Assembly (NCBI GenBank): GCA_030324005.1
Contig: JARDVH010000121.1
Span: forward strand, 47,359,189-47,423,188
Length of the DNA: 64,000 bases
Source: Negaprion brevirostris
Taxonomy: Eukaryota
Reading direction: 5' to 3'
The notes below the pieces were generated by a model. That model was not told where the DNA came from. It saw only the letters and a program-made list of their open reading frames with translations, and did not search any database. Every line of letters starts with the position of its first letter. Position 1 is the stretch's first letter. Shown here piece by piece: positions 26,411-40,070 of this stretch. A program made the translations under genes and the position numbers.

Positions 26411-26635
26411 CTGGTTTTGAGAAATGGAGAATATTTCAGTTAGGATGAAATCACTATTTGATTTACGAAGGCAATCTGTAATTGAAGACATAAAATTGTG
26501 CTGGACAGAAAAGAAATCTTCTTTCACGCTTATTAAACACCTGTCACTTCATGACTTGATCTGTATAATCATTAAGTGTTAGCATTTGTAGATTAGAATA
26601 AAATTGTTGCTGCAATATAAAGATTTCATTGGTTG

Positions 26636-27610
26636 CCACAGAAACGCAGTACATTCTTAGAATGATCTAAACAGTTGGTTAGTGTACTATATGATTTTTA
26701 GTTAAGGTTCAGATAGTGGAAATACATTTAAACAAATATATCCAAGTTACTCTTATACATGATATTACAAATTTTACTTACTTTATTCATAATCAGTGGT
26801 AACTTAGTTTTTAAAAATAGCTTTATTAATGGTTAATTGCAATATTTACAAGAATATTTGTTTAAGAATTGAAGTAGTGTACTGAGAAAAATCAACACAA
26901 TACAAAGCACAATTACATTTCAACCTCACAAAATTTTATAAATGAAAGCCATGTTTCATCAAAAGCACTTAGAAGTAACTTTATTGGCTCTTTCCAATGT
27001 GCAGACTATAGCATTTTTATTTTATATTTCTTCATTAGATTTTCAAACAACTATCCATGTAATAGTTACATATCCTTGTTGTGTTCCAGGCATAACTTTC
27101 CTACATGCCATATCATTGATGTAAAAATATTTATAACATCATTTTTTGGAATTACTGCTCTAATTTCTCTTTCCTACATCCTGCTTATAATCACTCCCTC
27201 CAGCTTCCACTGGCCACATTTCCCCAATATCAGTAACAGTCACCCTCCTGAGCAAAGGTCACACTTGATTCTCCACTTACACCAAGGGACAAGATCATGG
27301 TCACTTACTACCAAACAACTTTTAACATGTCTCTTTGGAGCAAGTACAATTTTAAATTGTCTTAATCACATTATTTACTTTCTACAGATAGTCTACAAAT
27401 TGATCCATGTTGTTTGCTGGTTACCCTATTTTTAAAAACTAAGTTGCCACTGATTATGAATAAAGTAAGTAAAATTTGTAATATCATGTATAAGAGTAAC
27501 TTGGATATATTTGTTTATAGGTATTTCCACTATCTGAACCTTAGCTAAAAATCATATAGTACGCTAACCAACTGTTTAGATCATTCTAAGAATGTACTGC
27601 GTTTCTGTGG
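26636..27610. repeat. Inverted duplication with 185-bp arms at 26636-26820 and 27426-27610 and a 605-bp spacer
   Basis: ccacagaaacgcagtacattcttag...ttaaaaatag is the reverse complement of ctatttttaa...ctaagaatgtactgcgtttctgtgg, with about 5 substitutions by eye. Confidence 0.95.
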
Positions 27611-27769
27611 TTACCCTAAGTGTATCATTCTGATTCAGTGTGTCCTGAGAAAAAATGTTAACATTCTAGGTGACGAAGAATCATAAAATCTTGAAAATAA
27701 ATTAAACCAGTACAGGCAAAAAAAAATATTCAGCTTCTATTTCAATTTTTAGAAAACGACAGATCATCA

Positions 27770-28830
27770 ACAACAATATGCATTTCTTTAATTTAGCAAA
27801 TGTCCCTAGGCACATCACAGGAACATTGTAAAGTAAAATACACCACACAGCCATGGCAATTGGGCCTGGTCACAGAGGCAAGTCTAAGGAGTATCTTAAA
27901 GGAAGAAGGAAAGTAAAGATCAGAGAGGTTTAGTGAGAGAATTCCAGAGCATTGAACATTGGCAGCTGAAGGCACAGCCACTGATGGGGGAGCAATTAAA
28001 ATGAGGGATGTTTAGGAGGCTAGAACTGCACAACTGTCTGAAGGGGTCATGGAACTGGAAAAGATTACAGAGATGGGGAGAAACAAGGCCATGAAGCGAT
28101 TTGAAAATAGATGAAAATTTTAAAATAGAGGCGAGATGATGATGCCTGGTGCAAGCTTTGAGTGATTTTAAGTTTACATAGAGTAGAATGTGGGAACATC
28201 CCCAAGAGTGCATTGGATTAGTTAAATCTAGAAATAACAAAGGCATAGATATACAGCAGAAGGGCTGAGGATGGGTGGAGTCAATTATGTTATGCCAGTG
28301 GAGGTATGTCGACTTAATGATGATGTAGATATTTGGTTGGACGCCACCTTTGCGTCAAATATAAGATTGCAAAGGATCTGACTCAATCACAGACAATTGT
28401 CAGGAAGAGGGCTGGAGTTGATAGCTAGAGAACAGAGTCTGAAATGGGAAATGAAGATAATGTCTGCAATCCTCCCAATGTTTAATTGGAAGACATTTCT
28501 GTTCATCTAATTCTAAATGTCAAACAAATAATCTGCCAATTCATAGGCAATGGCAGAATCGAGAGAGGTGATGGGGGAAGCAGGGATAGGTGTCATAGTT
28601 TACATGTGACAACTGGTGCTGTGTTTTTGGATAATGTCACCAATGGGCAGTGTGTAAATGTGAAATATGAGAGGGTCAATGATAGATCTTTTGTATTACC
28701 AGAGGTAATGATGCAGTAGTGGGAAGACAAAACATTTCAGGTGATGTCTAACTATAATTGATAGGAACAGAACCAGGTGAACGACAGTGGAGAGGCACTG
28801 GAGGAGGACAGTCTGGTCAAGTCTTTTAAA
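27770..28830 (-). mobile_element. L2 LINE 3' region
   Basis: ORF 27920-28246 ILKFSSIFKSLHGLVSPHLCNL...AFSCQCSMLWNSL, the L2 C-terminal signature (FKALHGLAPxYL...AP.LWNSLP). Confidence 0.8.
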
Positions 28831-31800
28831 AGCTACAGCCAGGTCGAGAAGGACAAGGACATTTTGGAGGGCAGGCTGATTTCTATTGTGCTTATGTACA
28901 GTATTGCTGCATAGCTTGAACTGCAGTTTTGTGATGTTTTTCTACTTTTTTCCCCTGAATGTTGGTCAACTGTTCTAAATACAATGCAGTCAGAGTTGTA
29001 ATAGCAATGTTCCAATTTACTGCGGCTTTCTCAACATCAGCTAGATTATTTGATACTATACTAGTAAATAAATCATGATGATACACAGTTCATCAAAAAT
29101 AAATTTTGATAAGTATTTTGACATGACAAATTTCCTATTCTAACTGTATGTAGGAAAAATAAATCTGCAATGGATGAATGATGATACAAACCAAAGAGTG
29201 TAAAACAATATTCTATACACCTTATGCTCTGCATAATCAGGCTCATTTAACTCTATCAGCACAATAACATATGTAAAATAAAATGTTTAACTAGAGTATT
29301 TAGAATGAAAAATAGCTGTACATAGAAAAAAAATCTATAGTTCAGCTCCTGTTTGCCCTCAGGAATAAAAGATTAAGATTTCAGTGTTTAGAAAGCAGTT
29401 TATCTGGAGAGTTGTCTGACAAAATCAGGCTTAGCATCAATCACAAACTTGACATGTTAAAAATGATGAAGCATCATCAAAAATGTTTCTTTAGCACTCT
29501 GGTAACCAAATAAATACTATGCCTGTAGAGACAAAAATCCTAACTATTAAATGCCCACAGCAAACAGATTAATTGAAAAAGTAGATATTAATGGTTAGAC
29601 TGTTCAGATATTAACTGAATATTACAAATGTATTTCAATATCTATGATTGTGACGAAATGGGATGCTTCTGAGTGCATTTACATGTGTATTGTAATGAGA
29701 CACATTTGCAAAAGTGGCATTTCGCCCACAATTCAAATAATCTGACATAGTGTTTGCTCCCAATGACTACATACACGTATGTACACAAGCCATACACGTA
29801 TTGATAAGGTTCAAAACTTGTGGATTTTTTTTAAAAAACTTATGTATAAAACAAGTTCTCATCTGTTGAATTCAGAACCAAATGATTAAAAATGAATGTG
29901 ATAAATACTGTTTCTTTAATCAATTGAATTGATTAGATGTAATTTGTTTCAACTATGCAGGTATTCTATGTAAGATCCAATGGTGTCAACTTTAGTATCA
30001 CTTTTGTGTTAGTCTAAAGGCTCAAGGTTGAAGAAAAATTGTCATTTTTAGAGACAAGGAAAAGTACTACAGAAAGTCAAACTGTTGACAACATTTTAAT
30101 TGTTTATTTATCTGGGAAAAAAACTGAAAGTTAAATATCTCCTCCTCTCCGTTTAGCAGGAAACTAAATAATTGTAAATTGATGTGTAAAAGCCTGAAAT
30201 TTGTTTCTTTCCTTTTACAAATAATCTCAAGAGCAGTAAAGGATGGGCCACAACATCCACATCCCATTAAAGAATGGAAAAGTTACATCACAGAATAATA
30301 AACTTTGCTTTCTTACAAATTAAACTCTCTCATCAATTATTCTAAACAATAAAACATACTCTTAACTTATTTACATATGAATATATTGGAGATTGTCTAT
30401 ACATCAGCAGGGGAGGCTTCTAATATTGAAGTTATTCTGTTAATTATGAAATGAAATAACTAGATTTCATACTCAGGTTTTCAAGTTATTCCCAGAATCT
30501 TCAACAGAGCCTAAAAGGAAAAGTAAAATTAAAACATTTTCATTTACAGTTTAGTTATGTCTTAAAACTCCTTCTTTACAATGTTTTCAAAGGCATCACT
30601 AAATTCACAGGCTCTCCATTATACAAGATGAAAGGCTATATTTTATTCTTTAAATAAAAGGGTTAAGACTGATATAAATAAAGATAAAATAGCATGTTTC
30701 ATGATTGTCAATCAACATGGTGATGAGCAATCTTCCTGCAGAATATTTGTGAAACCTGAAACAATCAAAATGCATGTGGTAATTCTCCTTTCACCCTTTA
30801 CAAGCTGCTGTCAAGTTACTTAACTGGTACAAATTATGAAGATGCTATTAATTCAGCTGTGGCACAATAGTACAACATTTGAGAAAAAGAATTCCATTTC
30901 CTGATATGGCAGAGTAACTTAAATGAGCAACACCAAATGTGTGTCAAAATATTCTGGAACTCATGAACTTGACTCTACCACTGTAAGGAAGTCTGGAAGA
31001 AATTTTTCAAGTGCCAACCTTGCAATAACCATATTTGTTTTGATAGACTAAACCTGCAAACCGTACAAACACCACAACAGATAATGCATCCTCCCAGAAG
31101 CAACCGTGAATTTCCAAGCAAACAAATATTACATCAATGAGTCTATGCTTAATAGTTTGTGTAATGGTAATGTATATACAAATGAAAAAAGTTACAAATN
31201 NNNNNNNNNNNNNNNNNNNNNNNNNNNNNNNNNNNNNNNNNNNNNNNNNNNNNNNNNNNNNNNNNNNNNNNNNNNNNNNNNNNNNNNNNNNNNNNNNNNN
31301 NNNNNNNNNNNNACACTTCATGACAAATATATAGTGATTTGCAAGAATACAGAGAAGCATAGGGTATTGGTGGAGGATCTGTCGAATTGGGGAACACAAG
31401 AGATAAACTGGTGTTAGAAAAATGTGCCTATTTTGCTACCAGCTCCTCCTGGGCTGTTGCAGGATACAAATTTTCATGGAGGTCTTTTCCAATAGTGGAT
31501 TTAAATCATGAGCATGAATGTGAAGAGACATACAATTATTTTTTCCAATATAGTAAAACAAATTATTGTTCTGTTCCCAAGCTCTGCGGTCAGCTGTGAG
31601 ATTAGGGTATATTTCATGCAAATGTGCAACCTTTAAGTTTCAGAACTGATTTAACTGTTGGAGTAGTAAGGTTGGTGGAAGAAAAAGGAGCAATTCCGCA
31701 CTATTTCTAGTGTTCCCTGATAGCTTTCCAGTTTATAGTCCAAACTCCACCCATCTGATTTCTCCTTCATAATTCTGCTTCAGCTAGTATGGTCAAAGTC

Positions 31801-31854
31801 AACTTTAGCATTAAATGAGAAGAATGAGGAATTAAGTGATTTTATATTTCAATA

Positions 31855-33810
31855 AGATCATCTCTCATTCTTCTAATCTCCAAAGGATATAGGCCCAACT
31901 TGTTCAACCTTTCTTCATTGGATAATCCATTCATCCCAGGAATGAGTCAAGTGGACCTTTTCTAGACTGTCTCTAACACAATTATATCAGTTTTCAAATC
32001 AGGAGACAAAAATTGTCACAGTATTCCAGATGTGATCTCACCAAGGCCTTGTACAGTTGCAGTAAAACTTCCCTACTTTTCTGTTCCATTCCCCTTGCAA
32101 TAAATGCTATAATTCCATTTGTCTTCTGAATTGCTTGCTGTACCTGCATACTAAATGTTTGTGACTCGTGTAACAGGACATCCAGATCCCTCTGTACCAC
32201 TGAGTTTTGCAATTCCTCTCCTTTTAAATTGTATATTGCTTTTCCATTCTTCCTGCCAAAGTGGACAAGTTCACATTTTCCCACATTATATTCTATCTGC
32301 CAAGTTTTTTCCCATTTGCGTAACCTGTCTATATCCCTTTGCAAACTCTCCACTTCCTTATGACAACTTGCTTTCCTACCGTTCTTGATGTTATTGGTAA
32401 ATTTAGCTACCATACAATCGGTTCTTTCATCCAAATCATTGATACAGATTGTTAATAGTTAAGGCCCCAGCAGCCATCCCTCGGCACTTCACTAGTTAGC
32501 TTTTCAGCCCGAAAAAGACCCATTTATCCCTACTATTTGCTTTCTTTTAGCTAATCAATCCTTTCTCCATGCCAGAAAGTTACGCCTACACATGTGCTCT
32601 TTTCTTGTGCAATAACCTTTGATGTGGCAATCAAATGCCCTTTGGAATTCCAAGTATACCACATTTACCAATTCCCTTTTATTCATCTAGCTTGTTCCTT
32701 CCTCAAAGCACTCTAGTAATTAAGCATAATTTCCTTTTACAAAAATATGTTGACTCTGCCTGTTCACATAATTTTCTAAGCATCCAGCTACAAACCTCTT
32801 TAATAAGGGATTCCAGCAATTTCTCTTTATGTTACACTAATTGGTGATTTCTGTCCCCTTCCTTTCTTGAAGAAATGTTACACTGGCTATTTTCCATTCC
32901 ACTGGACCCCTTTCAGAATCTAAGGAAGATTATAACCATTGCATCTACCATATCTGTAAACACCTCTTTTAAGCTGCTAAGTTGCATGTCATTTTGTCCT
33001 GGTGACTGTCAGCCTTTAGGTCTAAGTTTTCCCAGCTATGGTGATTGTTTCAAGTTCCTCCCTCCCATTTGCTGACTGCTTTTCAAGTATTATTGGAAAG
33101 TTTTCTAAATCCTCTGCAATGAAGACAAACACAAAATACATGTTCAACACCTCTGCTATTACCTTATTTTCCATTATCAATTCCCTAGCTTCATCCTCAA
33201 GAGGACCAAATCTAGTTTTAGTTACAGTTCTTTTATTTAAATTATAGAAACTCTTCGTATCTGTTTTTATTTTACTTGCTATCTTTCTCTGATACTCAGC
33301 TTTCTCCCTCTTTTATGATTTCTGTAACCATTCTTTGCTGGGTCTTGAAATTTGACCAACCTTCTGACTAACCACTAATCTTTGTAGATTTGCACAGTGT
33401 TTTTTTCAATTTGATGCAATCCTTAACTTATTTATTCAACCATGCATGATGCTCAAAGAATTTTTTTTTCTTACTGGGATAAATCTTCGCTGAGAATGAT
33501 TAAATTTCTCCTTAACAGTCTGCACTGCATCTCCACCATCCTTCCTTTTAAACTTGCCAGTTCATTTTAGCCAGCTCTGAAGTCACACTCTGTAATTATC
33601 ATTATTTTGGTCTAAAACATTAATTTTTGATATATACATCAGCCCCTCAAACTGAACATGATGTTCTACCATGTTAAGATCGCCGCACCTAATAGCTCCT
33701 TTACCAGGAGATTATTGATTAATGTTGCCTTATTGCTCCTTACTAGGTTCAGACTAGGCTGCTCCCTCATTGGCTCTAGAACATACTGTTCTAAGAAATT
33801 GTCTCACATA
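31855..33810 (-). mobile_element. CR1 LINE ORF2 relic, about 2 kb
   Basis: ORF 31994-32434 KFTNNIK...LQRDIDRL..W...WQIEYNVGKC...QRDLDVL...LYKALVRSHLEYC. Confidence 0.9.
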
Positions 33811-34489
33811 TAGTCAGAGAATCATGGAATCCCTAGTGCAGAAGGAGACCATCACATGTGTCCCCTAAGTAAAATTAAAAATTCCCCCGCCATCATTTTT
33901 AAGAAGAGTAGGAGAGTTTTCTCTGGCATTTTGGTCAATATTTTATTCTTAATCAAAATGACAGAAACAGATCATTTGATCATTATACATATTGGTGTTT
34001 TTGTTGTGCAAACTGGCAGTGAAGTATTTCATTAGCTGTAAGATATTTTGTGGCATCCTGTGGTCATGAAAGAATCTATATAAATGTAAATATTTATTTC
34101 TTTGATGCATGACTAGTGGTTGTGCAGCTATATGTTAACTGCAATGTTTGCATTGTGGGATCAGTGAAATTCAGACACAATTGATGATGCATTCCCTGGT
34201 TGATTTGATGGATCAGTTTCAGCACGTCTAGGCTGATGTATCATGTGTGACATTAGCTAAGTCTTGATTTGCTTAACCAATTGCAAACACTGCATGTGAA
34301 ATCAGTAATGGAGGATGGATGGGGTCATTGGTATGGCATCATGCTCAGTTTATACTGAAAATAGTAATTTAGAGCCACACTATCTGATGAAAATCAAAAT
34401 GAGTGCTCAGTATGAATAGCCTGCATCCATCCTCTGATATTCTAGAAAAAAAACTATTAAAACATATGTCAGAGGTATCCCAAGATTGG

Positions 34490-37400
34490 CTGTGAAGAGG
34501 ATACTGTGACTAGGATGCTTTGGTAGAGACTGTTTATTGCTCACCACAGAGTTTACTTATCCATCCTAAGACCAGACACCCAGTGCTGGCTGACTCTTCT
34601 TTATATACACATTTGAGTATAATTAATTAATCAGTACCCAACACCTGTTCTCCCTATTAATTCAAACTACCAGTTATTTAACATCCATCAACAGAGCATA
34701 TTAGATACTAATAAATCCAATTAAATTGATAAGCAAACAAAAATAGGATACAAAATAATACTTTATCTTATTACACAATCAATCTTTCACATACTCCATA
34801 TTCCCCGCCATCTTGAAAGCAACAAAAAATGCAGTTACAACATGAAAATGTCTGTGTTCTACTCCATTATAATACAAGGCATCCCTCTTCAAGGATATCC
34901 AACAATTTCTTCAAACAAACAGTTCTTTTTGTGAAACAATCTAGCAACTGATGACTTGTGGCGAGTCACTTTATTTTTTAAATCGCCTTCCTTTCCAACA
35001 TCTCTTTTATACTTCCAAGATCCACCTTTAACCTCTTTTCCATAATACTCTTTGTCGAATGGACATTGTCCCAGATCAAACAGTTATCTATGGAGCCTTC
35101 TATGAACACATTCTTTCCTGGTTGCCCCTTTTATAGAGTTCCTTTAAAATACTTGATGAGTACATAGTTATTTCTGTCACTTATATCAATGCAAGTGTCT
35201 CCTCAGCTGAGGTGTTTTTAATTACTCTCTATTTGCGTTCCATGCTAATTGACAACATTTATCGTTTATCCCCACTAAAAATATAATGAATACTGCTGTA
35301 CCTGAATAACCATCGGGAAGGTCAGCGTGTGAGGTGTCATTAAAAATCATCCTTTCTGGGTCACCAAAGCTGAAAATCTGAGCATGCATTATTCTGAGTT
35401 TAATTTCTTCAATGTCTTATTTGCTTTTAGCACTTCCCAACAGTAGCATATTTCAGCATGGTGCTCAACTCTAATAGATCACAGCACAGATCCCGTCTAG
35501 TTTGTGTGCATAACCAGTTTAATTGCCCAATTAAGCTTTTTAATTGATCTGCTTCTTTGCTGGTTATCGAGTCTTCCTTTTCTGAGGATCTAACTGAATT
35601 TACCGAGACCCTATTGATCCTAGGTGAGATTGTTTGGGTTATTCTCAACTTAGTCTGCTTAATGTCCAAGCCTATATACTTAAAAGCTCCAGAGCCAGAT
35701 TTCCAATTTTGAATTTGTTTGTAATTTTTATGTATCACAAATTTCTCAAATGTTGTATATCTCCCAGCCCACAGAAAATTATCTACATGTATTAAGAAAA
35801 TGCCTGCCAATTTTCCTTTATAGTTCTAATGAAACATTACTGGATTGGCTTTTAGCTATGAACAACCAGCTTTTAGTGGGCAGACCTAACTGAAAAATAC
35901 CATATCCTTTAGCCCATAAGCAGACTTGTCCAACCTCCAGAATTTGCCCCTTTGTATTCCAGCTTTTTTTGGAGGCTTTAACAATATTTTTCTTTGAAAT
36001 TGTTCTCCTTGCAAAAATATTGCTTTACGTCAATTGATTTACATCCCCATGATTAACTGGTGACAATGCTAGAAAAATCCTCAAACTTACTTTTCCTCTT
36101 GTTCGGAAATTTACTCATCCCATTGTTCTTAATTTCCCAAGCTGCAGGCCTAACCTTAGCTTTATGTGTACGATCAAGGAGTACTTTCTCTGAATATATC
36201 TATCTCTGAGACAACATTGGCCGTCCTTTTCTGGCACCTCTGTGTAAATGCCAAACTCTCTCTACTCATTAGTTCCTTCTGGCATATGTGCCTAGTTCCA
36301 ACTTTTGGCAGTTGAATTTTGTGATAAATGGCCCTATCCTGATCTTCACTATTCCTTGGTCTTTTCTCAGTTAGCTCATTATCTGTCACAATCTGTTGCT
36401 CGTACAGGTCTGGCGTATGCATGAGCTAAGTGTATGGCGAATCTTCAATTTCCATCATTGTTTTAGGTTCTGTCAGTGTGTAACCATGTGGAATGTACTC
36501 TCTCAGTTTGGTTACCATCAGCACCTATAACTTTTCCTGAGCCTCTTCATTCTCTCTCTTTTGTAATATGCCATGTCCCCAGGTTTAAAATTAATTCCTG
36601 ATGGCCTGATTCGATACCTGAAACCTGCCCTTTTTTTCCTGAAACTTCTGCTTTAATGCATGGTATCCAAATGTTTTGCAGAACTGGAACTAATGGATGA
36701 CCCCCTCCAAAGCTGGGGGATAGGTCAAGGTTATTGACAGTATTGTCAGATTCCTGCCATGATACTAACTAACAAGTAGTGCCCAATGCAGCTGTCAGTT
36801 TATAACTTGGTTAGTCTGCTAAAATTTTTTGGAACATTTCATCAGTCATGGCATGATTTCTCTTACATATCTCATTGCTAAAAGGACTATATGCTGTTGC
36901 ATGCATTGCCACAATATTCAAATTTTCATTCCTCCTGCATCCACCATAAATAAATTCTCTTCCATTCTCCATTAAGAATTTAGCTGGTGCTCCTAGCCCC
37001 GTCCCTACCAATGTTTCCATTACTTTTTTGTTTTTACTTTCTTGTTTTCGTTGCCAGACTAAATATAGTCACTGTGCCTACAAAATGTAAAAGATCTTTT
37101 CTCTTTATCCCATAGTTTGAGGTTCATCGCTATGATTTTATTAACGTTTCTCACCAATCGAAGACTTACTACTGGTCATGGTAGCATTCTCTTGTACTGT
37201 TTACAAATATCACATTTTTCACTAATATCCTTGACAAGTCTAGCGTATTCCTTATCCAGTATCCTTACATCCTTTAATAGAATTTTCAGCTGATGGTCAG
37301 AGAGATGTGCAAATTGTCAGTGTAGTTTTGCTATTTCCCCTTAAATCCCTATCCACACCTGCCATTCAATATCTTTTTAACATGCTGTCTGGAGATGGTG

Positions 37401-38916
37401 AGCTTTAAAGATATACAATAATGTCCCAAATGTGTAAATTGCAAATCTACAGATCTCCCAAAGTTTTATTACACTCAATGTCTAACTTAATTTGGGCCTT
37501 TTTCATTGACAAAACTAAATGTATTTCACTCAACGCAATACTAGTGCTTGATATAGTGATTTACCCCTGCTATTTTACTTGAAATTACTATTTTCTTTCA
37601 TTATTTCAATATGTTACCATCAGCAAAACTAAAAACAAGTAGAACTGTCATTTTTTTACTTTACTTTGGTCTTCATTACTTAAAGAATTCATGTAACAGA
37701 TTAGCTAGTCCATTCCACACAGCAGATGTAAACCCACGATCTAGAATTTGCAATTGAATGAAAGTGCAACTAGAATACTCATTACCAGACTGAAACATCT
37801 GGTCATCAATAGGGGAGACAGTGGCACAGTGATATTGTCACTAGATTAATAATCCAGAGAGCCAGGGTAATGCTCTGGGGAACTGGATTTGAATCCCACC
37901 ACTGAAGACAGTGAAATTTGAAATCAATAAAAATTCGGAATTAAAACTGATGACCATTGTTGTAAAACATTCCTTTAGTGAAGGAAATCTGTCATCCTTA
38001 CCTGATCTAACTCAAACCCACAGAATGTGGGTGACTCATAAAAATGCCCTCTGAAATGACTAGCGACACCTTAATCCCATGGATGATTTTTTAAAAATGA
38101 TTCCTTCTGAGTGGGCAGTATTGTCATATGTTGTTTCAAAATTCTGTTTTTCATTTTTAGGCAGTTCAACACATAACTATTCTTGAGGTACATCCTCCTT
38201 CCATAACTGCCCAATTCCTGCCACCTAGTATAGCTCCCAAAAATGTCGCTGTTCGCATGCCTTTTGTTTGTAACTCTTCTTTCATACAAAATTTGGGCCC
38301 TATATTCAAATGGTCCTAAAATACTGTTAGCTAGCATTGTATCCTCCATCTTTGGCATCACTGCTGAAGAGCCCATCTGCACCTTAAAAGTGGCCAGGAA
38401 TTAATGCTTTCCCAGAAATGTTTTTAAGGCTACAGACGTTTGATCCAAAAGCATTTCAATCTCTTTGAATCTAATTTCACTTAAAACAAAGAGCCTATCC
38501 ATACTTGGTATTCTAGCACAGGTCAACAATTCAAAGGCAAGTATTGATTTAGGAATTTCCAAGCGGAATCACTGCCAGCTTTTATATGATAAATTAAACC
38601 ACATTATGCCATGGAAGAATTATCCATTTTTTGAAATTTATCAAAGTCTGTCTAAGTTCAGTAAGTTTCCTTTCATATAAATTTTAACCATGAATTTCAA
38701 GAGAGTGTCCAAATCTTCTTTGTCCAATTCATGAGCATCTAGTTCTGCAAACACTTTCCAGCGAATCTTGCTCCTGGCAGGAGGTGAATGTGCCAGATAC
38801 AACCCTTGCTTTCTTTTCAGTAATAATGTAACCAATGTCCATATGTTAGATGTATTTTTCCATTGATCATTAGGTTCAATTTCACAAAACAATGGTGGAA
38901 AATCATATCCTGCCAC
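34490..38916 (-). mobile_element. Decayed Ty1/Copia LTR retrotransposon (GalEa-like), near full internal region plus probable 3' LTR
   Basis: Minus-strand order: gag (MAGYDFPP...QWK...KRKQG), protease ILDRGFTSAVCG (about 37715-37748), integrase (KLH*QFAH; GAPAKFLMENGREF...SPFSNEICKRNH), RT (IHVDNFLWAG; SLIGQLNWLCTQTRRD), RNaseH. Integrase before RT is the Copia order. An LTR-like block with TATA and AATAAA lies at about 34490-34712. Confidence 0.88.
37812..38070 (+). mobile_element. tRNA-derived SINE inserted in the Copia relic
   Basis: ggggagacagtggcacagtg (A box)...ggatttgaatcccacc (B box)...agtgaaggaaatctg. Confidence 0.75.
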
Positions 38917-38920
38917 ATTT

Positions 38921-39148
38921 CATAGAATCCTATAGTACAGTAAGAAGCCATTCGGCCCATCGAGTCGAATCCCACCTAGCCTTATCCCCATAACCCCATG
39001 CATTTCTCCCAACACTAAGAGGCAATTTAGCATGGCCAATTCACCTAACCCACACATCTTTGGACTGTGGAAGGAAACCAGAGCACCCGGAGGAAATCCA
39101 TGCAGACACAGGGAGAACATGCAAACTCACTAACCACTGTACCACCAT
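38921..39148 (-). mobile_element. HE1-type V-SINE, internally deleted
   Basis: aggaaaccagagcacccggaggaaatccatgcagacacagggagaacatgcaaactc. Confidence 0.85.
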
Positions 39149-39199
39149 GACTCCTCTTTCTTCAAAGAGTCTCCAATTACAATCTTCTCTCAAAAAAAC

Positions 39200-39335
39200 T
39201 CAAAGGATCATTTGGACTCAAAACATCAGCTCTTTTCTCTCCTTACAGATGCTGCCAGACCTGCTGATTTTCCAGCATTTTCTCTTTTGGTTTCAGATTC
39301 CAGCATCTGCAGTAATTTGTTTTTTTCTCTCTTAT
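39200..39335 (+). mobile_element. Penelope-like 3' tail fragment
   Basis: cagatgctgccagacctgctgattttccagcattttc...cagattccagcatctgcag. Confidence 0.7.
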
Positions 39336-39914
39336 GTAAGGAAGTAAATCTTAGATTTGATGAAATCTCCATCAAAATTAAACTTCAAGTTACTAAAGGG
39401 AAGGTATTGTAATTCCCCTTAGATAGCTACAATCTGAATAAATAAGAGTAGAGCGTGTGTATTATATAAAGAAGTTCAGTTACATCGGTTGAAATGTGAA
39501 GTACTTTCGGAACTGTCATTCCGATTGATGTATTTTAAAGTGTATAAATCAGGGCTAAAGCAGCAATGATTTCCCTTCCCGTCTCCTAGGTGGGCAAGTC
39601 CTGATTCAAGACAGTGCATCTCAAATTTTCATTGGCAAGGAACACAGTTCGAATAAGGGTGCTGTCGAAATGTTTGCACTGGTTTTATAGCTACTGGTTA
39701 CAGTGCGATTCTAATATTTATTATAACCATTAATTTTACAATCGAAACAAAATTGATATAGATTTACTTGGGAGTGTAACATAGCTATGAAATTCTGTGC
39801 ACATTTGATTAATTTAAAAATATAGCAAACTATACTTTAAGTCACTTGGCCCAGAACTACATCGTATGGAATATTTATTTGAATACAATAGTTCGTGCAG
39901 AAGATTTAACTCAC

Positions 39915-40070
39915 CGCTTTGTAAGTCCGCTTCTGTCCAGCGTGTTTCGCCGTCTTCCCAGTCTCTGTTCCTGTTTCCACATGCATGGAATAAATGATGT
40001 CGAAAAAATCTTCTACCACAGCCACGCGTTTCAGAGAGATGCTCTCCTTAGCTGTGACTCCATCTCCAGT
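39915..40070 (-). CDS. NOL4L: NOL4/NOL4L-family internal coding exon (probably exon 2), 156 bp, phase 0/0
   Basis: Minus strand reads tttcacAG|ACT GGA GAT...AAA GCG|GTgagt. It encodes TGDGVTAKESISLKRVAVVEDFFDIIYSMHVETGTETGKTAKHAGQKRTYKA, containing the NOL4-family signature RVAVVEDFFDIIYSMHVE...KHAGQK.TY.A. NOL4L versus NOL4 is judged from recalled residues, not from a search. Confidence 0.9.

Noticed and set aside
26411-26527. ORF extensions upstream of the NOL4L exons (also 40071-40151)
   Set aside because: Family similarity begins exactly at the AG acceptors, so the extensions are intronic read-through.
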